From: Escherichia coli
Lineage (GTDB): Bacteria; Pseudomonadota; Gammaproteobacteria; Enterobacterales; Enterobacteriaceae
NCBI RefSeq assembly: GCF_024223415.1
Contig: NZ_CP100500.1
Direction: 5' to 3' (one strand)
Length of the DNA stretch: 64,000 nucleotides
Each line of letters begins with the position of its first letter. Positions within the stretch are counted from its first letter, which is position 1. Below, piece by piece: positions 58,325 through 64,000 of the stretch. The notes under the pieces were generated by a model. That model ran no database searches. It had not been told where the DNA came from and saw only the letters and a program-made list of their open reading frames with translations. Position numbers and translations under genes: made by a program.

Positions 58325-59488
58325 TTATCTGGAATCGATTTGGCTGTTCTGCCTGGTTGCCACCAAATCATGGTACGCCTGCTCAATCATTTCATTCAGC
58401 AGTTTTTTTGGGAGGACACCACGACTTCGGGCAATACTTTCAAGCTGTTTGTGGATTTTTCCGGACAGTTTCAGAGGGACGGAACCATCAGCACGTTCAT
58501 CACGCCTTTTTTGTTGCTCCCGGGCACTTTTCAGCTCATCAAGAAGAATCGCTTTATGCTGAATCCTGGGGGCCTGGAAGGAGACCTGCGTAAACTTCGC
58601 TCTGTTCCGTCTGGGATTACTTTCCAGTAAAAACTGTACCTGTTGCTCATTCCAGCCCTCCCAGTTATCAAACGTGGCGCAGGCAAACCAGTATTTCTGC
58701 TCCGGGGTAAGGGGATTCAGCGGGGTTCCCACACACCGGACCTGCATGGCGTTCCATAACCAGTCACACTGTTCACTGTCCCTGCTGTCCACCCACGAAA
58801 AGGGGGAGGGGTAATCATTGTTTATGCTGGCCCATTCAGAGAATACTGAGTTGATAATCGTCCTCGTAGCCTCTGGTCCGGATTTCAGCAGGTAACTGGA
58901 GCAGAACCATATAATTTCACGGTAGATTTTATCCGGATGCACGGTGCGCATCGGCTTTTCTCTGGGACCGGCAATCTTCGGTTGCGATGGAAACCCCGTG
59001 GCAAACCGCAGATGTTCCGGGGGCATTCCTGAACGTTTTTCAGGAATGGGTGTGAGTCCTGCGTTTCTGGTCTTTTCCGCTTGTCCGGTATTGCCTCCGG
59101 CCGGAGTGTTGTCGGGAGTATCTTCCGGAGGCGAGGTGTTTTCATTAGTTGGGGGAACAACAGCAGAACTGTCCATCTCCGGAATGGGTTGAGGGGCATA
59201 ATCACTGTGGTAGCCAGGGGAAAGCGTTAAGTCCCGAAGGGTGACATCAGGTTCCGGGCAGTGAGTGCCACCGGGAGTGAACGGGAGTTGTTGCTTTTGG
59301 GAGAAAAATGTATTGTGAATGCGGGTATACAGCTGGAACAGAAAAAAATAAGATGCCCGTGGTTCTTTTTTTAACCACTGTGTATATTCCTCTATGGCAC
59401 CGAGCTGTTGTTTGTGCCGTTTTACAGCATCGATATACGGACAGCTGGTGCAGATATCATCCAGTTCCTTTCCCACAATACACCTCAC
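58325..59488 (-). CDS. hypothetical island protein with Pro-rich linker
   Basis: 387-aa ORF: Cys-containing N-terminal region, a low-complexity Pro/Thr-rich segment, then a conserved-looking C-terminal domain; function and true start unknown. Confidence 0.45.
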   Translation of the reverse strand: MRCIVGKELDDICTSCPYIDAVKRHKQQLGAIEEYTQWLKKEPRASYFFLFQLYTRIHNTFFSQKQQLPFTPGGTHCPEPDVTLRDLTLSPGYHSDYAPQPIPEMDSSAVVPPTNENTSPPEDTPDNTPAGGNTGQAEKTRNAGLTPIPEKRSGMPPEHLRFATGFPSQPKIAGPREKPMRTVHPDKIYREIIWFCSSYLLKSGPEATRTIINSVFSEWASINNDYPSPFSWVDSRDSEQCDWLWNAMQVRCVGTPLNPLTPEQKYWFACATFDNWEGWNEQQVQFLLESNPRRNRAKFTQVSFQAPRIQHKAILLDELKSAREQQKRRDERADGSVPLKLSGKIHKQLESIARSRGVLPKKLLNEMIEQAYHDLVATRQNSQIDSR

Positions 59489-60952
59489 CTGCTTTTCTCA
59501 CATTTGCAGATTTTAAAAAAGCAAACAAAAACCTCCGTACATGATGTACAGAACAATCTACCAGGTAGTGGCGTCAGAAAACCCCCGGGCCGCCTGCACT
59601 TTCCAGAATGCGCCGGTTATGAAAAACCGGAAATTCAGTCTCTGTTGTAAGATGTACCCTCTGATACTACGTTTTCTCTGTGTATTTAACTCACTGTATT
59701 TATTGTCTTTTTAAGCTTGACTGATATTCTCCGGTCATAGTGTGCCGGATATACATCCCGTAAACTTCTCATTTTTATATAAAAATACCTGCACTCTCTT
59801 CAGCGCATCTGTCTCCTTTAAGTAAAAAATGTTTTCACGTATTGCTGTAAATTCATTTTAAATCAGTATATTACCTTGATATTGCTGTCTCCTGGTTTGA
59901 TGCGTAATCGTTCTGCCTTTCTGGATGATTCTGGTGCTTCCGGGTGCATTCTCCTCTGCACATGCAACAGTTCGTCATCGCCACGCTCCCAAAAAGCATA
60001 TAAAAACGAATCGAATTTGATATTTTTTTCAATCGTTTTTCATAGGAATTTCGTAGGGTATTCTCCGCTATAACCTCCATATTTGCTGCCTTTTTCTCCA
60101 TAAATCGTATGCAATATAGCCTGTCTGTCAAGACCTCTTCTCTGCTGTTGAGGAGACGATCTCATTTTTGGTCTTTTCCGGGAGAGAGGCTGTCAGATGA
60201 GCGAGCCGGATATACTGTCAGAGGTACACCCCGTAGCAGACCTGTGCTCCCATTTCCGCGATCCGGAACCAACAACACCCTACGGTTAATACCATTTGAA
60301 GCGTCAGGTACTGCAGGAAGTTCCCCCCTGCGCGGACATCGGTTCCTGCCGACATCTCACAATACGGCCAGACTGTCATGCAGTAACACCCGCATGCGGT
60401 CTGCGGTTTTAAGCGCACTCTCCCGTTTTCAGTGCACCGATAATGCGTCATAGTAAGTCTGGGGGAAGTTACGGAATGCCTGTTAAGTGGTGCCGTGGGT
60501 GGAGACAGCTTACTTTTCTACAGCAACTGCAGTCATTCAGGATGATCAGGAGATATTCTGTCAATGTCACGATCCTGCCATTTTCGTACCCGCTAAGATA
60601 CTTCCGTTACTGATGCTGTCCGCTTTTCACCATTTCATCCTCACTGACAGGCGTTGCGTTTTGGGTCATCACCACAGCTTTACGTTTCTCTTTTAACCGG
60701 TAACGCTCTCCTTTGATATTCAGCGTGGTTGAGTGATGCAGCAGTCAATCCAGGAGCGCTGTTGTCCGGCAACCACCATATCAACTTCTTCCCGGGTGTG
60801 GCGGAGAGGTGGTATCCTGGCTGAGTTTCGAAGCGAACCGTTCTTTTTGACGGGCGCATTTTACGTCCGGGCTGAATGTAGTAACGCGGCATGGAACGTC
60901 GGCCCGTATACCATTGCCTTAATCTCCGCAAAGATAACCTCGTCATTCCGGA

Positions 60953-60960
60953 CATTCTCT
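60953..60960. repeat. 8-bp target-site duplication (CATTCTCT), left copy
   Basis: Same octamer directly abuts both ends of the IS66-family element; coordinates approximate. Confidence 0.6.
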
Positions 60961-61043
60961 GTAAGCGTCGTCTGAGTACCGTCTGGTCCCGAATCCAGGA
61001 TCCTGTAACTTAAGCACCCACTTATTTTGCAGGTGGACACCTC

Positions 61044-61427
61044 ATGCGCGCTAAAGAAAGACTTCCCCGGAAACACTATTCCCCTGAATTCAAAATGGAA
61101 CTGGTCAGGCTGGCTCTTGAAGAAGAAGGCAGTATTGCCGCACTGGCCCGGAAACATGACGTCAATGATAACCTGCTCTTTAAATGGATAAGGCTCTGGC
61201 AGCGTGAAGGGCGGGTCTGTCGGCCCCGAAAAAACTCATCGTCGCTTCCTGCCCTGATACCCGTGCAGCTTCAGGCGGGCTCTTCTCTCCCAACCTTCGA
61301 ACTACCATCCTGCTCTCCTCCCGCTACCTGCCACATAAAATGTCGGGGAGGAGAAATAACACTGACTCATCCCTCTGCTGAACTCATGAGCACTGTCCTG
61401 CGCGAACTGATGCGGGGGCCTGTATGA
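61044..61427 (+). CDS. IS66-family accessory protein (orfA, HTH)
   Basis: 127-aa ORF with N-terminal transposase-type HTH (RKHYSPEFKMELVRLALEEEGSIAALARKHDVNDNLLFKWIR). Confidence 0.8.
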   Translation: MRAKERLPRKHYSPEFKMELVRLALEEEGSIAALARKHDVNDNLLFKWIRLWQREGRVCRPRKNSSSLPALIPVQLQAGSSLPTFELPSCSPPATCHIKCRGGEITLTHPSAELMSTVLRELMRGPV

Positions 61428-61771
61428 TAAATCTTCCCGCAGGCACAAAAATCTGGCTGGTTGCCGGTATCACCGATATGCGCAACGGCTTCAATGGCCT
61501 CGCCGCAAAGGTGCAGACCGCGCTGAAAGATGACCCGATGTCCGGCCACGTCTTCATCTTCCGGGGACGCAGCGGCAGTCAGGTAAAACTGCTCTGGTCC
61601 ACCGGCGATGGTCTGTGCCTGCTGACAAAGCGACTAGAACGTGGTCGCTTCGCCTGGCCCTCAGCCCGCGATGGCAAAGTGTTCCTGACGCTGGCGCAAC
61701 TGGCGATGCTGATGGAAGGTATCGACTGGCGACAGCCAAAGCGGTTACTGACATCCCTGACCATGTTGTAG
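61424..61771 (+). CDS. IS66-family TnpB (orfB)
   Basis: 115-aa ORF with the conserved TnpB signature (LPAGTKIWLVAGITDMRNGFNGL); 4-nt overlap with orfA. Confidence 0.85.
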   Translation: MINLPAGTKIWLVAGITDMRNGFNGLAAKVQTALKDDPMSGHVFIFRGRSGSQVKLLWSTGDGLCLLTKRLERGRFAWPSARDGKVFLTLAQLAMLMEGIDWRQPKRLLTSLTML

Positions 61772-61820
61772 CGCTCTTTATCCTGGTTGTCGCAGAATAA
61801 GCCTGGTAAAATACAGGCTT

Positions 61821-63356
61821 ATGAACGACACCTCTTCTGACGACATCCTTCTGCTGAAACAGCGCCTGGCCGAACAGGAAGCGTTGATCCACGCCCTGCA
61901 GGAAAAGCTGAGCAACCGGGAACGCGAAATAGACCATCTGCAGGCGCAACTGGATAAGCTGCGCCGGATGAACTTCGGCAGTCGTTCCGAAAAGGTATCC
62001 CGCCGTATCGCGCAAATGGAAGCTGACCTGAACCTGCTGCAGCAGGAAAGCGATACGCTGACCGGCCGGGTGGATGACCCGGCAGTGCAGCGCCCGCTGC
62101 GTCAGACCCGCACCCGCAAACCGTTCCCTGAGTCACTCCCACGGGATGAGAAGCGGCTGCTGCCGACTGAGCCGTGTTGCCCGGAGTGCGGTGGTTCGCT
62201 GAGTTACCTGGGTGAGGATGCCGCCGAACAGCTGGAGCTGATGCGCAGCGCCTTCCGGGTTATCCGGACAGTCCGTGAAAAGCATGCCTGCCGTCGGTGC
62301 GATCGCATCGTTCAGGCCCCGGCTCCTTCGCGCCCCATCGAACGGGGGATCGCCGGACCGGGGCTGCTGGCCCGAGTGCTGACCTCAAAGTATGCAGAGC
62401 ACATACCGCTGTATCGCCAGTCGGAGATCTATGCCCGCCAGGGTGTAGTGTTGAGTCGTTCTGTACTGTCGGGCTGGGTGGATGCGTGTTGTCGTCTGCT
62501 GGCACCGCTGGATGAAGCCCTTCAGCACTATGTCCTGACCGACGGCAAACTCCATGCTGACGATATGCCTGTCCCGGTGCTGTTGCCGGGCAATAAGAAG
62601 ACGAAGACCGGGCGCTTATGGACGTACGTTCGAGACGACCGCAACGCCGGATCAGCGCTGGCCCCCGCAGTGTGGTTCGCTTACAGCCCGGACAGAAAAG
62701 GTATCCACCCTCAGACCCATCTTGCAGGCTTCAGTGGCGTACTGCAGGCTGATGCCTACGCCGGGTTCAACGAGCTCTACCGCGACGGCCATATAAAGGA
62801 AGCCGCGTGCTGGGCCCATGCCCGCCGAAAAATCCACGATGTTCACGTCCGTACCCCGTCAGCCCTGACGGAGGAGGCGCTGAAACGGATCGGCGAGCTG
62901 TATGCCATCGAGTCGGAGCTCAGAGGTAAAAGAGCAGAGGAACGGCAGGCAGTCCGGCACCAAAAAGTGCTGCCGCTGCTGGCGTCACTGGAGGGGTGGC
63001 TGCGGGAGAAACAGAAAACCCTCTCAAGGCACTCAGAACTGGCGAAGGCGTTCGGGTATGCGCTGAACCAGTGGCCGGCGCTGACCCGCTATGCAGAAGA
63101 TGGCTGGGTGGAGGTGGATAATAACATTGCCGAAAACGCCCTACGACTGGTCAGTCTGGGGAGAAAAAACTGGCTGTTCTTCGGCTCGGATCATGGTGGT
63201 GAGCGCGGTGCGTCACTGTACAGTCTTATCGGGACGTGCAAATTAAACGGCGTGGATCCGGAACGCTATCTGCATCATGTACTTGATGTCATCGCCGACT
63301 GGCCTGTGAACCGGGTGGGTGCTCTGCTCCCGTGGCGGGTTACTCTGCCTGCCTGA
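61821..63356 (+). CDS. IS66-family transposase (orfC)
   Basis: 511-aa ORF with N-terminal leucine-zipper-like region, zinc-finger Cys pairs (CPECGG…CRRCDRI) and the IS66 DDE-type core. Confidence 0.9.
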   Translation: MNDTSSDDILLLKQRLAEQEALIHALQEKLSNREREIDHLQAQLDKLRRMNFGSRSEKVSRRIAQMEADLNLLQQESDTLTGRVDDPAVQRPLRQTRTRKPFPESLPRDEKRLLPTEPCCPECGGSLSYLGEDAAEQLELMRSAFRVIRTVREKHACRRCDRIVQAPAPSRPIERGIAGPGLLARVLTSKYAEHIPLYRQSEIYARQGVVLSRSVLSGWVDACCRLLAPLDEALQHYVLTDGKLHADDMPVPVLLPGNKKTKTGRLWTYVRDDRNAGSALAPAVWFAYSPDRKGIHPQTHLAGFSGVLQADAYAGFNELYRDGHIKEAACWAHARRKIHDVHVRTPSALTEEALKRIGELYAIESELRGKRAEERQAVRHQKVLPLLASLEGWLREKQKTLSRHSELAKAFGYALNQWPALTRYAEDGWVEVDNNIAENALRLVSLGRKNWLFFGSDHGGERGASLYSLIGTCKLNGVDPERYLHHVLDVIADWPVNRVGALLPWRVTLPA

Positions 63357-63397
63357 CCAGCTTCACTTCGTCAATACGGTTCTCACTGCACGCTTAC

Positions 63398-63405
63398 CAT
63401 TCTCT
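63398..63405. repeat. 8-bp target-site duplication (CATTCTCT), right copy
   Basis: Identical to the octamer at 60953..60960; coordinates approximate. Confidence 0.6.
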
Positions 63406-64000
63406 GCCAGGCATATGTCGATGTAATCCATAAACGATTTCAGCTTACCCCTTTTGTGGCCAGTCTTTCTGGCTGGCGGTTCAGGGGATGTTTTCTGGTT
63501 ATCGTGTACCACAAAGCAGGGATATTGCCCCGATAGTCACATTTCAGATTGATCGCGGTCTGAAGATGTGGCACTGAGGTAACGTGCTGGTGTCACTGGT
63601 ATTGCTGAAGTTATGGTTTTTCGGGGTCAGGTGAGCCTGTTGTGTGTATGCTTTTTGTTCAGGTCAGAGGGGGACTGTGTGGACAGCGGCTTTTGTCTCC
63701 GGGCATTCACGCCTGAACGATGAATGCGATTTTCAGCAATATTTGTCTTTGTGACACTCTCTGGTTGAGAAGCTAATGCGCGCCCCTGTTTCCACAGAGA
63801 ATGAGGCTTGCCATCAGCCGAAACATCAGTATTCCACGCCATACAGACGGCGCCTGACCATGTGCTGATGCAGGTAAAATGTTTCACTACAACTGTTCGG
63901 GTTGCTATGCAACGAAACAGCGATTCTCACGATCTTTAACTGCAACGTTTTTCCGCCTGAAAGTAAGCGTACAGCGAGGGCCGTATTGACGGGGATGTGT

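Larger units (their letters stand above)
60961..63397 (+). mobile_element. intact IS66-family insertion sequence (about 2.4 kb)
   Basis: Imperfect terminal inverted repeats beginning GTAAGCG (left) and ending CGCTTAC (right), three ORFs in canonical IS66 order, 8-bp flanking direct repeats. Confidence 0.85.

Noticed and set aside
60780-60860. tRNA-like sequence fragment (…GGTGGTATCCTGGCTGAGTTTCGAAGCGAACC…)
   Set aside because: Superficially resembles a tRNA arm but I could not fold a cloverleaf with acceptor stem and anticodon loop; not called as tRNA or att site.

Overview
This window reads as Escherichia coli chromosome: the distal colanic acid (wca) cluster, galF, an AT-rich O-antigen cluster, gnd-ugd-gla-wzzB, the complete his operon, yefM-yoeB, the yeeZ-to-yeeX core genes, then a CP4-44/CP4-57-type prophage-like island carrying an intact IS66-family element. 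The most interesting locus is a translationally coupled three-gene operon in the island's cargo slot (52781..57146, minus strand): a dynamin-like GTPase, a 301-aa partner and a patatin-like phospholipase. I propose it as a candidate undescribed anti-phage or membrane-remodelling module. The second is the O-antigen cluster, whose first three genes plus gla predict an amidated hexuronic acid (serinol or ethanolamine type). There are also several decay and rearrangement scars: a ugd 3' remnant, split yeeE, frameshifted cbtA toxin, a yeeP-like GTPase broken by a 5-bp duplication, and an IS66 right-end remnant. No rRNA, tRNA or CRISPR arrays were found. Coordinates that follow the ORF track are exact; those I derived by hand (small motifs, hairpins, repeats, hisL) are approximate to a few bp, because my hand count disagreed with the track by 1 nt at one locus. 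All product calls rest on recognising the translated sequences; no database search was run.
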